A program made the translations under genes and the position numbers. Source: Nemertoderma westbladi (lineage: Eukaryota > Animalia > Xenacoelomorpha). From it: a DNA stretch of 64,000 nt. The number at the start of each line of letters is the position of its first letter. The first letter of the stretch is position 1. Where the stretch lies: NCBI GenBank assembly GCA_032718475.1, contig JAUCBJ010007486.1:1-64000 (forward strand), in the 5' to 3' direction. Positions 12,809-25,566 of the stretch are shown piece by piece. The notes below the pieces were generated by a model. It saw only the letters and a program-made list of their open reading frames with translations. It was not told the origin of the DNA and searched no databases.

Positions 12809-15800
12809 TAGTCCGGCAGCCACAATGGTATACCGAAAATTTTTGGACGGATTCAATTTTTTTGATGTTTTGAGTTCTATAGGTCCCACTTATTGAGGAA
12901 ATGGCGTTTTTAAAATTTTTGACTTTGGGCATTTTGAAATAACGACCTAGTTGCTAAGGACCACGTAATTCTCATTTAAAGCATAGCAACTCCAAAACAG
13001 CATGTCATAATGGATTGAAATCTTCTACAAAGTCAATATAGTTCATTTACGAAATAATGGCAATCTTTTTTGTCTGATTTTTAGATCCTGTTGCTATGGA
13101 GACGGCATTCAAGTTTAGTGCTTCGATTTCAAACACCTTTAATTATACCATTAGTTACAAAATATGCACCAAAGTTAGTTAAATTATGTTTATTTTATTA
13201 GCGTGGCCTTTCTGTAACTTTAGACAAGGTTAAGAATCTCAATTGGGATGATATTTATGTCCTAACCTGACATGTTTGAGTGTTAACATAATTATTAAAG
13301 ACAACAAATTTCAGCGATTATAACATTTAGGTGATGTTTCTACGGTAACTATATTTGTTATTTCCAGTTTAGCTCCTTTCTACTGTACTGTGCATCTTAT
13401 TTTATTGTACCCGTCTTCATAAATCGATACCGTAAGGGAATAGTACAGATAAAGTGCATAACCTTAGCAAAGTAGATTAGAGTGGATTCTACTGTACAGA
13501 ATAGTATGTTCCTGCGTTCCAACATACGATATAATAATATTTATAATATTTCCAAATTTTGAGTTGGGTACTACAGTACTTTTTCTTGGGTGATCATTTC
13601 GATATGGAGAATTGGGTTTGGAATTCATAACTAATGATGATCATTAGTTATGATTATTAGTTATTAATCATTAGTTAGGCCTATGATTACTCACATTTAG
13701 TGTTTTCTTCATGGAATAGCTAGTGAGTTTCCAGGTCTCTTATTTAAATGGGACTTGTAGTTCTCTAGAAATATAACAGTTGATGATAGCTAATCGAATT
13801 AGGAAACCTAGCAATTACTGTAAAAAATTCTAAAATGACTAGTTCGAACATTCATATGATATTATGGGGGCCACCTGCAAAAAACAGTAACTATTGTATC
13901 TGGTAAAAAAAAATAGCTTGTAAAATCTCAAAAATTGATCATATTTAAAAGTCAATAGATAAAATGTGGTTAGCGGGCCGGTACTAGTTAACGGGTCGGG
14001 ACTAGAGTCATCCGACTCCCTTACAGGTTGACCTCGGAGTTTACCTAGGTAATGCCAAGCAAACTACTTTATAAACGAATTAAGTTCCATGAATTGTAAG
14101 AAATCCACGCATTCACTAGCTATGCTAATAACCCAACCAAACAGGAATATTGGACCTACCTTATCACATGTGGATGAAGCGGATCATTCTATACTGAGAT
14201 TGACCAAAAAGGAAATGTCAAAAGAACTAGATTATGACAGATATCAAGAGTTATACTGGTATTTCAAACCCGGTAATGCCTTGCCATTAATAGTTTTGGC
14301 GGGGTCTGCTATTGGTCTACATCGAGCTAAATGTATTGACCATGAGTTCCTCAAAGATGTCACTATGTAATTTGGTATTCTCCTGTTCAGTACGGTGGAC
14401 TTACATTAAGGGGGATGCATACATTAATGATTGGATCCATAGGAAGTTTAGTGGTTGAAACCGACCTCTCTGAAGTCTATCGTGTGTATTTTGGCGGTGT
14501 TTCGAAGATGTTATCTGGGAAAAAGTTTCCACAGAACATGCGCGCTATGCGCAATTTCGCAGATAAATATTCTGTATTTCTTCTATTATTACATTTTTAT
14601 CTGACGGAAAGTACAAGTATAACCAATTCAATTTTCATAAAGTCCCCATTAAAAAACCGTACCGCAGTAATAGACGTGGGAGAAGCAGTAAAAATGCATC
14701 GTTGCATCATAGGAATTCTTTTGGGAGGCCATGCATTATCTGGGTGTGAAACGGTTGCGACTATGTTTGGGATTGGCAAAGCGAAAGTCATCAAGGCTTT
14801 GGATAAAGGACTCACTCTTACTTGTTTGGGAGATATGGAGGCACCGCAATTTACAGTCTTAATGGAATGTACTAACTTTATAACTGACTGGCGTGACTGC
14901 TATGGATATGACTCAGACAACATGACCCAGTCACGACAAAAGGTGTGCACAGAAAAAACAATTACCAACTGTGAAAAGCTGCAAACAATACCACCAACCA
15001 CTGACTCTTTCTCAGAGAACGTGAAAAGGGCCCATTTGAAAGTAATGGTGTGGAAGAACACAATGGAGAACACAGTTAGACCACCTAGTGTAGACCCCAG
15101 AAAATATGGGTGGAGAATAGCTTTCCCCGATTGTAATCCCTGAGGGCATACCACCAGCTCCGGAATGCATTTTGCAATTAATTCGGTGTAACTGTTAATC
15201 CAAAATCCCATGTAAATCGCAGAAGTGCACCTGCAGAAACAACCAACCTGATTGCACAGAATTTTGCAACTGCAATAAAGATTAATGCGCAAACTTTTCG
15301 TAATTTCATATTGTATTATAATCAAACAATGAATAATATAAAATGCATAGTCTCCATATTCGCCATGCATTAAATAAATTTTGTATATTTAGCATTAAAA
15401 AAGTGTTATAAACAAGCAGGAGACAAATTATTAATATATACATTTTAAGGTAATAAATTTCTATCAAGGTTTTAAATGCTTCAGATGTGATGTCCGCAAT
15501 AAATTACTGTGGTTTCCATGAATACGGGTATTTGTTGCTAACCATACTTCTACACAAAATTGATGTGGTGCATATTAATTAGGGAAACATATTATTAATA
15601 AAGTGCACAAACGAAACAAAAAACACATGAGTGTCAGTAGGCATAGTAGTTTTTCATTTGGAAAAATAGAGCGTTAGCTGTAACCTTCGTTACCATAACA
15701 ACACTTCAATAGTTTCTTTAAAATTTTCATATTTTCGATCAAAATTACAACCAGTTCAAACCCAACAGTTAATCGCCATTCTGATCGCTTAAAAGCTTTT

Positions 15801-15977
15801 ATAGAAATTACTGTAGTCCATAGAAACGGGTCATTAATTCAAATTGCCCAAGGTGTCAAAGTCCATAAATCACTTTTTTATGTTAAGAGGGACCCCTAGA
15901 CACCAAAACATCCAAAAAATGTAATCCGTCCAAAAATTTTCGTTTAGGCCAAAAAGAGGTACGTGGCTGCCGGACTA
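12809..15977 (+). mobile_element. Academ DNA transposon, internally deleted
   Basis: TIRs TAGTCCGGCAGCCAC...GTGGCTGCCGGACTA with longer subterminal inverted similarity (GAAAATTTTTGGACGGATT); 3-bp TSD AAA at 12806-12808 and 15978-15980. Confidence 0.9.
14400..15143 (+). pseudogene. Academ transposase / XPG-like remnant
   Basis: GGMHTLM..IGSL...FGGVSKMLSGKKFPQNMRAMR and HALSGCETVA.MFGIGK...IPPTTDSF.ENVKRAHL..VW...YGW, typical Academ motifs fused by a deletion. Confidence 0.85.
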
Positions 15978-15980
15978 AAA

Positions 15981-16514
15981 TATTGGAGATCGAAGACAAA
16001 GGCGAGGATGTTTACTTTGTTCCGGATCGACAACCTTTGACCGGAGAGGACGACATCGTTTTAGACATTGGGAAGGAAGGGAGTGCGAAGCCGATTGGAG
16101 ACCTCATATACGAGAGGGCCTGGTTTCCGCAAGCTCGTAGATGCAAGTTGTGCGGCAGCACAAGGCATAGTCAAAGGTCGTGCGATGCTGTAGTAGAGGC
16201 GGCGCATAAGGTTTGCCGTTGGTGCAACGAGACTGACCATTCATTCCTTACGTGCACTGTCTTCATTTCTCAGTGTGGATATTGTGGAGTAAAGGGACAC
16301 CATAGTGCAAAATGTCAACTGCGTGATGATTCTTTCCAGAATCATAGCGCCAACCTCCTCCGGGAAATGTTAGACAAGTGGGAGGGTGTGGCTGACTACC
16401 ACATCCAGGCGCAAATGCGGTGGTTGCCGTTTAAAGCAGGATACGGGTTCTGGGCGGTAGATCCATCACACGTTGCATATGAACCGTATTTGCAATCCCT
16501 ACCGCAATACCAGG
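15981..16514 (+). pseudogene. Element D accessory gene, part 2: three CCHC zinc knuckles
   Basis: CKLCGSTRHSQRSC, CRWCNETDHSFLTC, CGYCGVKGHHSAKC; removing Academ restores the frame (...RTREEI-LEIEDKG...). Confidence 0.8.
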
Positions 16515-18373
16515 TGTTGTGTCCTCTACGGTAGGGACTACCCTACAGCCTACAAATCTACTAATACGAAGCTATAGAATATCTCTATCCGTAAAGTCCA
16601 GTAGTATACCGCTTACCAGATCCTAGTAACGATGTATCTTACTGTAAGACTCTAGTAATGAAACGGGCTCGTACAGTATCTGACAACAAATCCCAGTCCA
16701 GGATATCTAAACAAACAGATACAATACACAAACTACTACTGGCGAGGAGCAGAGCCTGGTGTCTATTCTAGGTACGTGGGCGGGTCTAATGCCTACGTAC
16801 TAGACAAAAGGATACCTGTCCTCTAACCGGTATGGCAGATGTACAGTTACAGTAACAGACCAAACTCACGGGAAAACAATCCCCGCGCAGCGAATCCTAA
16901 CTATCGCTGACAGTCTTAAATACAGTAACTTGCCGCGGTGTGATTTATATGGTTTATATACGAGCTAGGTGGGTTACAGCCCTAGCGTAACAATACTGAT
17001 CCCCCTGTCTGAATCAGCCTAAAAGAGGTCGTGCCTAAATGTAACGATAACTGATCTCCCTGCACGAAATCAGTCTAAAAGGTCAGGCCTAAATGTAACA
17101 ATACTGCTGCGCAGAAAACAACAGTTTAATAACGAAAATGAAATGCTCCCTCTTGCCGTAACTAAATATCTGATCCTAATTTACAAATACAGATAATTTC
17201 TGCCTAAAAGTAATCTAAAGTGCGCTATAACTAGTAGAAACTCTAAGGGTAAATATGTTTTAGGGCGTGTGTGTGTGTGGGTGTGTTACAAATAAAACAA
17301 TTTTGGTGTTATCTTTTCACTAGGTTTTAGTAATTCTCTGACCGAAATAATACCGTGCACTAGCTACTAAAATAAGCTAGTCGCGTTTTGTAGAACTTTA
17401 TACTCACAAATGACGTCAAAGCTCTCTCCTTCCTATCCACAACTCAACTGGACAACCACGGTGTTAGTAACTACACCCGTGATCGGCACAAATACCAGAT
17501 TCTGGTTGTAAGATAAGAAATAGGGATTAATTGCTACCGTACGTTAGCTGATCTGGTATACAAATTTGATTCTAGAACTTTGTTGCCGCAGTAGTTAGCA
17601 GCAATACCTATCAGTACATGGCAAGGCGCGGTAGGATATTAATAAAACCTCCCTAGGCCAAGCGGTGTGCCGGTAGCAGAAATGTTCCTTGCCTGATCAA
17701 ATAACCAACTTCAGGCAGGGGGGGGGGGGGGGGGGGTACTAATGTATGCTCTACAAAGCGAACCGGTACCAAACGGTCAGTACTGCGAATTACTAAATTA
17801 TGGAACATATGCTGTCTGTACCTAATATGTACTCGCGTACTGATGGACGGCAATAATTCGCTTCTACCTGTGAGGTATACAGGTAACCCAGGGGTTCGCA
17901 GGACTGACAAAGGGGGTTCTGCCTAAAATATAGTTATTTGATCCTAAATTTGCGGCGTCCCAGGACGACGTCACGCTTACCCTGATCTATAGGTCTTACG
18001 GCGGGCAAGGGCGTCAAACAAGTCTTACCTTCCTCATAAAGCGGGCGCTGCATGGCATGTGGAACATTTCGAAGGGCGAAGGGGGTGTGCGGTCCAAGTT
18101 AATGTGGGCGCTAGCGTGTTGTGGACATCCTTTCCCTGCGTTGCTGACGGCCTAACGGTCTAGGCGGTCATCTTCCCGATGTTTGGCTGTCCCAAAGTTG
18201 GACCAAAGAAAAACATGTTCAGGAGTTTGCAGTGTATTTACAGTTTAGCAAAGATTTATCAAACAGATTTAGAAATAGTTTCAACAAGAAACAAATAACT
18301 AAGCAAGAAGCAAAGTGAAGTGATAAGTCAAGTGGATACTAATAGTGAAGAGTGATAACCGAAGGCAAACCAG

Positions 18374-18516
18374 CCCTTTATATACTAAATCTGGGACATA
18401 GAATTTACTAGAACCTCCTAGAGTATTCCATGGCCTCACATTGGAGCAATAAGATATTCCATGCCTTATGATTGGCCTAACTCATCGTTCGATACGTTGT
18501 ACGCACCTCATTGGCT
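18374..18516 (-). promoter_or_regulatory. Candidate U3 Pol II promoter of LTR A (CCAAT boxes and TATA)
   Basis: Minus strand has three CCAAT boxes (plus ATTGG at ~18440, 18471, 18510) followed by TATATAAA at ~18377-18384. Confidence 0.55.
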
Positions 18517-18564
18517 TACCAATTTGTACCAAATGAAAATAAATTGCCCCAAAATACAAATTTC

Positions 18565-18631
18565 CCGACTAAGATTCGAACTCGTAACCTATGTAATGCA
18601 ACCAACGCCTTAACCATCTGACCACTACGCC
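18565..18631 (-). ncRNA. Degenerate tRNA-like Pol III unit inside LTR A (second copy ~50504-50569)
   Basis: Minus strand GGCGTAGTGGTCAGATGGTTAAGGCG (A box, Ser/Leu-like D arm)...GAGTTCGAATC (B box), with TTTT about 10-15 nt downstream; cloverleaf incomplete. Confidence 0.55.
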
Positions 18632-19194
18632 ACGAGAGTAACTAGGGGTTTTATGTATACAAATATGAATAGGCATATTACATTACTGTAACTTAATCAA
18701 AGTGCGTCGGATTTTCGAAAGTTTTTTACGTTATACTACAAATGCTATTCTATAGTGAAATAATTCATCACCGCTCCATGAAAACAGTAAGTAAGACTGT
18801 TTTCACCAATCGAAATACGAAAACTATTTACAAATACTTCTAAGTCTACTGGTAGGGCCTAAAATATAAAACAATCACTATCTAATTATTGCATACTTAA
18901 TATTGCAGGTACAGCGTAAATACAATCCATCATACATACAAATACAAATTTACAAATCAACTTTAGTGCATAAAATACAAAAAGGCTTTCGGTTATCAAG
19001 ATAAACAAATTAAACAAATTAGATCAAACAAATTAGAACAAATCAAACAAATAATTTCAATCTTTCAATAAATCTTTATATATTGTAAATATACATAATT
19101 AACTTCCACCAAATTAAATCAGTTCAAATATAAAATAAACACAAGGCGCTAAAATCCCTTAAATAAGTATTAAAGTGTCCACCTGACGATCTAA

Positions 19195-19779
19195 ATAGTT
19201 CGTCCTGCTGGTCTGGATGTCTTCTCCTGAGCACTAATTGCTAACGGTAGGCTCGCAAGCCTTCCTTCCTTCATCTCGCTCTCCTAATCCTTGGTCGACG
19301 CTTTCGTCATTCTGGGCTCCTCCTCTTTAGGTATGGGCTCATCCACGTCCTCTAATACGATTGGGTGGTGGTCGGGATCGAACTGGCGCTCGGACTTCGG
19401 TGTCGAGCTGTCGGTGGTTCCTACGTCGAGTTGCCTGCGGTTCTAGAATACCGGGAAATGAAACGACCGCCTTCTTGATAACTTTGGTGGTTTGGGCAAC
19501 GCGCTAATATCGGCTCGGGGTTCTCGCAAACGTCGCTGGCGTCGCATAATGCATCGTAGGTGTACAACGCTTTGAACTCCGCCCGTAACTCCTCCGCTCT
19601 TTTGTTATGAGCGTCCAATCGCTGTCGCGTAACGTTTGGATCCGCCTTGGATTTAGCGAGCTTGGCTGTACTCCTAGCCATACTCTCCACTCCAAACAGG
19701 TTAAAGTTTTGGCCCCATATCGGTTGAACGGTGCCTGGTGCTCCTATTCCTGCGTGGATCCCTGATAATAGTGTTTCTA
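19195..19779 (-). pseudogene. Accessory 3' ORF region of element A, unknown product, disrupted
   Basis: GC-richer coding-like segment between pol and the 3' LTR (MARSTAKLAKSKADPNVTRQRLDAHNKRAEELRAEFKALY...C..C...C.H), preceded by a strong splice acceptor at 19780-19805. Confidence 0.45.
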
Positions 19780-20489
19780 CTAGAGGAAACACAAACAGAG
19801 GTTAGATGTGAGGAGACTTAGAGTTTTGTCGGCTTTTGGCTCAACTTTGCTCTAAAACCCCTACCCATTTGCCTAATGACTTCGGGTTCGCGTGATTTTG
19901 CACTGGCTCCTAATCCAAAATATGTGCCGATAAAAAACGAATTCCGGGTAAACTAGCCGCGAGTCTAAAATACTCACCTTTTAATTTCCCAAACTACATT
20001 CCCAAAGAAATAATAGTGCAGTCGAGAATTAATTCGGTCTGAATAATAGTAGACACGACTACGTAGAACAAGGCCGGTTTTCTTTTCCAAAAAAAAATTA
20101 TCGGTAGGCTCGCAAGCCTTCCATCCGCTCTTGTCCTCCCCAATTTTAATTTTATCTAGCTGTATTCTAGAATTCGCATTCACTGGAGAATCATTTTTCT
20201 TAAATTTAAATCCAACTAAATCGATTTGTCTAATAATTTTGAAAAATTGTCTCACTTGTGGGTTCCAAGTGGAATTCCATTCCTACTGTACACACAATCC
20301 CGCTCCTATGTGATACATAAGGGTACTACCCTCCATGTTCACATATAAAGACAATGGAATTCCACCGCTGTCTCTATCTACAGTGAAGAGGATTACAAAT
20401 GCACATACAGTAATACAAATACTAAATTACTAAAATACGGTAGGTCTATGTGGCGGCCAACAAAGGTCCCACATCTATTTACTAATATT

Positions 20490-21141
20490 GGGTGGAGATT
20501 TGTAGTCTCCTGTCTCGTTTCTAGTCTCCTCAAGGAGCACGAGACGTTGTACAGGTCTGTCTACGGTACGACCGTCGATAGTCCTTACAGTAACTGTTCT
20601 TATTACACCAGATGTAGGGTGCGTGGTCAAAATGACTCCCAGTCAGCCAAAACCATCTTTTCAGATTGGCTTCAGCCAATAAAACATGGTCACCACGTCT
20701 TAAACATCGGGTATTAAGATACCAAGAGGTTCTGGTCGAAATAGAGGGCAAATAATCTTTCTGCCATATTTCCCAGAATTTATTTGCAAGCAATTGAGTG
20801 ATTTTCCAAGCTTTGTTGCCGTATCCGTCGCTATTAACGGGTACCGAAATGGGCAACAATGTCGTCGGCGCCTGCATAAGCAGGTGCGCTGGTGTCAAGG
20901 CAAACTGTGCGTCGTTATCGTCTGGGATCAAAGCGATCGGTCTAGTGTTCAAAATCGCTTCGATTTCTATTAACAACGTCGTCAGTTGGTCGTCTGTCAA
21001 TATGTGTTGCGTCGGTACGACTTTAGCCATAGCTGTTTTTATTGAGTCAATCAGCCTTTCCCAAACGCCGCCTCTCCACGGACTGTCTGGAGTATTGAAA
21101 TACCAAACAATTCGGTGAGGACGTAGTTCCTCGGTAATCTG
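20490..21141 (-). pseudogene. Element A integrase, C-terminal part
   Basis: QITEEL...WYFNTPDSPWRGGVWERLI...EIEAILNTRP...LTPAHLL...FWEIW..DYL continues in frame from 33243 once element B is removed. Confidence 0.9.
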
Positions 21142-22409
21142 TGTACGCGCTTTTGAAGACCTTTAGCAGTTTAACCTGCCAAAATTTATATGTCTTTTGG
21201 TTTATAAATCGACTCTAGAAGATGACAATATTTAATACCAATAAACACAACATTAGCAGAAGCCAGCCTAGTGCGCGTCCATTCACCCGCTGGATAATCC
21301 CGGGAGACTGGATTCTGTCGGCTTAGATTATTATTGCAGTGAAGCTTACGGTATTGTATTATTCGATTGATCGTTAATAATTAATTTCTGACTAATATTA
21401 TTCACTTTCGGGAAATATTAACAGTTCCTTTAGGACGTGGCGCTCTATCTAAGTAAACAGAGATATGACTTATACTAATCACAACGGTAAGTCGGTAAGG
21501 CTTATGATTCACGTATGAGGCGCATTCTTTAGGAAATGCTTAGTTATCAGCCACAATCATGCACACTACCGGTAACACACAATACTGCTCACTAATTTGC
21601 CGACCGTCAATGAATTTTATCATATATAAAGAGAATAGCAACGGACTCATGTAGGGCTTATCAAATAGCATTAAATTCAATACACACCACAATAATATAA
21701 GTCGCAATCGCTATATATATAACCCGCCTCTCTAACCTGTAGTGTATCAAGAAAATTGGGAAATTTGGGTTCTTTATAAATGTTCTCCAAATAATATTCA
21801 ATCCACTGATATAAGATATGACAACAGTAAAAACATTAAGACGGTAGGTTAAGATATGATATGAACAGATATGTACAGCGATATGCACTGATATGGACCG
21901 ATAACAGTCATACGCTCTATAATTTAAGCCTACTAATGTTTCTTCTAAATTATGAAAAGAATTAACTCTAGAGCCGGTGTTTCTGGCTTAGACAGCAATA
22001 ACAACAAAGTATCAGTAAAAACAGTAAGACTGAACACTCTCCTTATAATCGACCGAAAAGCTACACGTCGACAGGAAAAATCGCTCTGATTGGCTCAAGC
22101 CAAACAAAGAACCATGCGTCCAATGGCTGTTTCCATGTCAGCAACCAGCTGTTAGATGTCGTAATATGAATCATCACGGCTAAGCTGTGAAAGGTATTTG
22201 GTGCATTGTAGGTTTTTTGCCTTACCATGTCTGCCAAAACACGTATATAGTAGAATGACTTTTATGTCCGTTAAAACACCTATAACGGTACCTTGCGGGC
22301 GAGGGGAATATTTATACAGTTAGAGAACCTTTTAGAGTATTCCAGCGCCTGGGGGGGAAACTGGATTGCGAAGCAAAGGGGCCAGTTATATCCCACAGAA
22401 GCTTTTACA
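21142..22409 (-). repeat. 3' LTR of element B
   Basis: Direct repeat of 32002-33242; PPT-like GGGAGCGG on the minus strand at 22410-22417. Confidence 0.95.
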
Positions 22410-22487
22410 CCGCTCCCAGAAAATGGGATTTGAGTCTATAAAATATACAAAATCACAGTTTCTAATATACGTAAATACTCTAAACAG

Positions 22488-23936
22488 TTAGTCTTTCTTG
22501 CGCGGACGGCGTTTACGCAGTTTCTTAAAGCTAGCCAGAGTCCTTTTCTCTTTGGGGCGAGCCACTTCACAAGGAGGGCTATAACTCCTGGGTGAAGGGT
22601 GCAATATGATTGCATCAGAGGATGTAGGATTATGGTCGGTGTATCCGCCAGTCGAAGTACCGGGTTGATTGACATCAACGTCAGGTGAGAGGGGTCTAAC
22701 GGCTTTGAGAGCTCGTTTCAAGACAGCCGCTCTTACGGGTCCTTTACGAGTGGTCTGAACGAGGGCCGTGGGTGGACCATAGGCAGTTAGAAACCTCCGG
22801 GGTTTAATGGTCCTTTCCAACTCGCGTTCGCGGGCTCGGTATTCGTAAGTCCGTCGATATACTTCCTGTAACTCGGGGTGTGAGTTAACAAATAAGTCTC
22901 CATAGTCCGGATCCTGACGGATATAATTGATTAAGTTATAGGAATGAAGGTCGCTAGGATTAACACTCCTGAGAAATTTGCGTACGAACTTGGTTGAAAT
23001 ACATTCTCCGACGCGCTTCAGTGGTTCGTAACTCGATATGCGTGATTTCTGTTCGACAGAAGCGAATAGATAAGGATGGAACGCATAAATTCCTTCGTAA
23101 GCGTGTCCGGGATAATAGCGATGGCGCGAATCACAATGTAAATCAGCGTTCGCTTCCCAAGCTCTGATGTAACGTAGTGTGATCATTTCATCTACGCTTT
23201 CCAAATCGCAATTAAAAGGGCAATCGAAACTGGCGTGTCCCTTTAGTTGACAATGGTGACATTGAGTCATAAATTGAGGGCAAACCGCAAAAATGTGCAA
23301 GTTATTGAGTCTGCAATACGCACAATAAATTTCCATCACCGGTTATTCGTGGAAATAGGAACAGCGGACGTTTGTGTACATGGGCGTAACATGGTCTCCC
23401 GATGCGCACAACCGACAACGTTGCCGAGAAACACAGTTGGCATGGCGATAATTGTACGCAGTGAGACACTGTGGACCTCGATACCATTCTAGGATATAAT
23501 CGTTGTCGCTGTTCCGGGCGCGATAGGCTGAATCTCCTCAGATTCTAGACATATTGGTTTGTCTTCCCAGTCTGTTACGAATAGAATTTTCGTGATCTAT
23601 TCTCGGTTTATCGTTACGACTCCGCTGGGTATGATATTTAAATAGAACCATTTCCCTTTCGGTGTCTACATCGTCCGTATCATGTAAATCGATAGGATGG
23701 CCGGTAGTTAGGAAGTCCATATACGTATCGTTACGATTCGTATAGCGAGTGGTGAATTTTCGATAGTCCAATTCACGCGCAAGTTGCTCTTGGGACATCG
23801 GCGGTTCGATATAACGACCATCGTCCTCCGTAATGGTTGGATCGGCTTCACCGCGTATTAAGCTATCCACAAATGCTTGTAAAGGTAGAGTATATCGCTC
23901 CCTAATACCAAGATCATCTTCTATCAACTCCGTCAT
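22488..23936 (-). pseudogene. Element B accessory 3' ORF: unrelated N-terminus plus CCHC knuckle module, two in-frame stops
   Basis: ORFs 23538-23936 and 22488-23339 share one frame; CRLC..., CAYC..H..C, CHHCQLKGHASFDC; C-terminal part closely matches 57436-58540. Confidence 0.8.
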
Positions 23937-25566
23937 ATCTGCTATCTGAGTTTATTAATATCAAATAAGTTTATATTTAGGCGAGCGGGCGTCGCTGCCT
24001 ACTTCTCTTTGCCCCCGGACAGTGGGATTCTCAGCGCCGATGTACCGTCGTCGCGGTGTTTACGCCAACATGTAGCAACATCACGACAACGATAACCGGC
24101 ACAAGTCACTCCACTGTCCGTCCCAAAGGCTTGAATCCACTTTAGGTTCTTTCTATAGGAGAGTTGGGCTACTTTCACAATTGCGACTAGCTACTGTAAA
24201 CACACCTTAGCAGTAACATTCACCTACAAACGCACAAATTCCACACAACTGTCACCAATTGTACACATACAGGCCATTTGTCCGTTAGTCAGTGCCTTCC
24301 AGAATGTCACGTTATTACTGTGTATCCTTGGATACTAACAGTGTGCTATGTATTCTCTATGCTATGCAATGTGACAAGCTTTCTATTGTTCTCTTAACTT
24401 GCTTCTAATTCTAGCGTGGGTGTTGCTATGGTGACATTATGGAAAGCTAGCGGTAGAATTAGGGTAATTCTCATGCATACAGATCTGGGATGCTATTTAA
24501 TAATAATTCTTTAATTGTCAATATCCTCTTTATGCATGATTTTATTAATTTTATCGGCTATTGACTATATGTTGGAGATTCTCGCACTCTAATACACTCA
24601 ATAGGATGAATCTCCGCTCCCATGATCTATTAATTAATGGAATTTTGGGAATGTTATAAATTGTACAAAATGACAATTTATGAAATTCATTTAAAATATG
24701 AATTTGAATTTATTCCCGTGAATTTTATTATTTGATGTTAAAATTGACACAATTTGATTCCAGAGCAGGTCTGGGGACATAGGATCCTTAATTCTATAAA
24801 ATTGTCTTTTAAGAGTATCGGTAAGTGCTGCGATATCTTAATTGACTAGAAATTTCAAAGGACCTGAATTTTACAGATTTTTACTAAATATTAAATTAAT
24901 ATTTAAGATGGGCACCGATTTATTCCAGAACTTGTCTGGGGACGTTAACCATTGATTCTAGAATTTGTCTTTCAAGTATATCGGTGGGTGCCGCGATATC
25001 TTAATCGACTAGAATTACAGATGGTCAAAAAGTTTAACAGATTTATTTGCGTTTTACGCTACTGTTAGAGGGACATCACGCTACTATATGTATTATTATA
25101 TATGGTATGAGAGCAATATCGCACGAAGCAATGTCAGTGTGAAGAGGCAAGTCGTTTCCAAGGTCTACCCAGAGCTTGGTTTAGCCGAGACACGAGGATC
25201 TGAACTTTGCATTCCTAATACTCTGCCTACCAATAATACTTAAGTATAGTAGGAGCTTTATTGTACTTTAATAAGTACGGACATTTCATCTTACTGTAGT
25301 CACGTATTTATAATATGATACGGACAGTAAGGAAAGAGAAAAAATAATTATTTCTCGCCGTCGCACTAAATATTATATATTATAAGTAATTACGTACGTA
25401 ATAAACACTAATATATTGCACTAATCTACTAGATAATCACTAAAAGAACATTCTACTAAATAAAATTAAAGAAAACGATTATAATAAAATTACATAATAA
25501 TACATACATAAATATAAAATAAAACAAATATAAAATGATATAGTCACACGCCCACTCCATATGTTA

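Larger units (their letters stand above)
16515..18770 (-). repeat. 3' LTR of element A
   Basis: Near-identical to 48464-50708 (roughly 1-2 percent different by eye); preceded on the minus strand by PPT-like GGAGCGG (18771-18777). Confidence 0.95.

Noticed and set aside
17653-17910. Short ORFs repeated in the LTRs (also 21661-21888, 32495-32722, 49599-50097)
   Set aside because: The recurrence only reflects LTR duplication; there are no recognisable domains, and the A copies differ in length across a poly-G run.
18196-18206. Minus-strand TTTGGTCC resembling the start of a usual BEL primer-binding site
   Set aside because: It lies deep inside both LTR copies rather than after the 5' LTR, and TSD-defined boundaries exclude it as the PBS.
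18565-18631. Functional tRNA gene in LTR A
   Set aside because: Acceptor, anticodon and T stems do not pair properly; only the promoter boxes are recognisable, so it is reported as tRNA-like.
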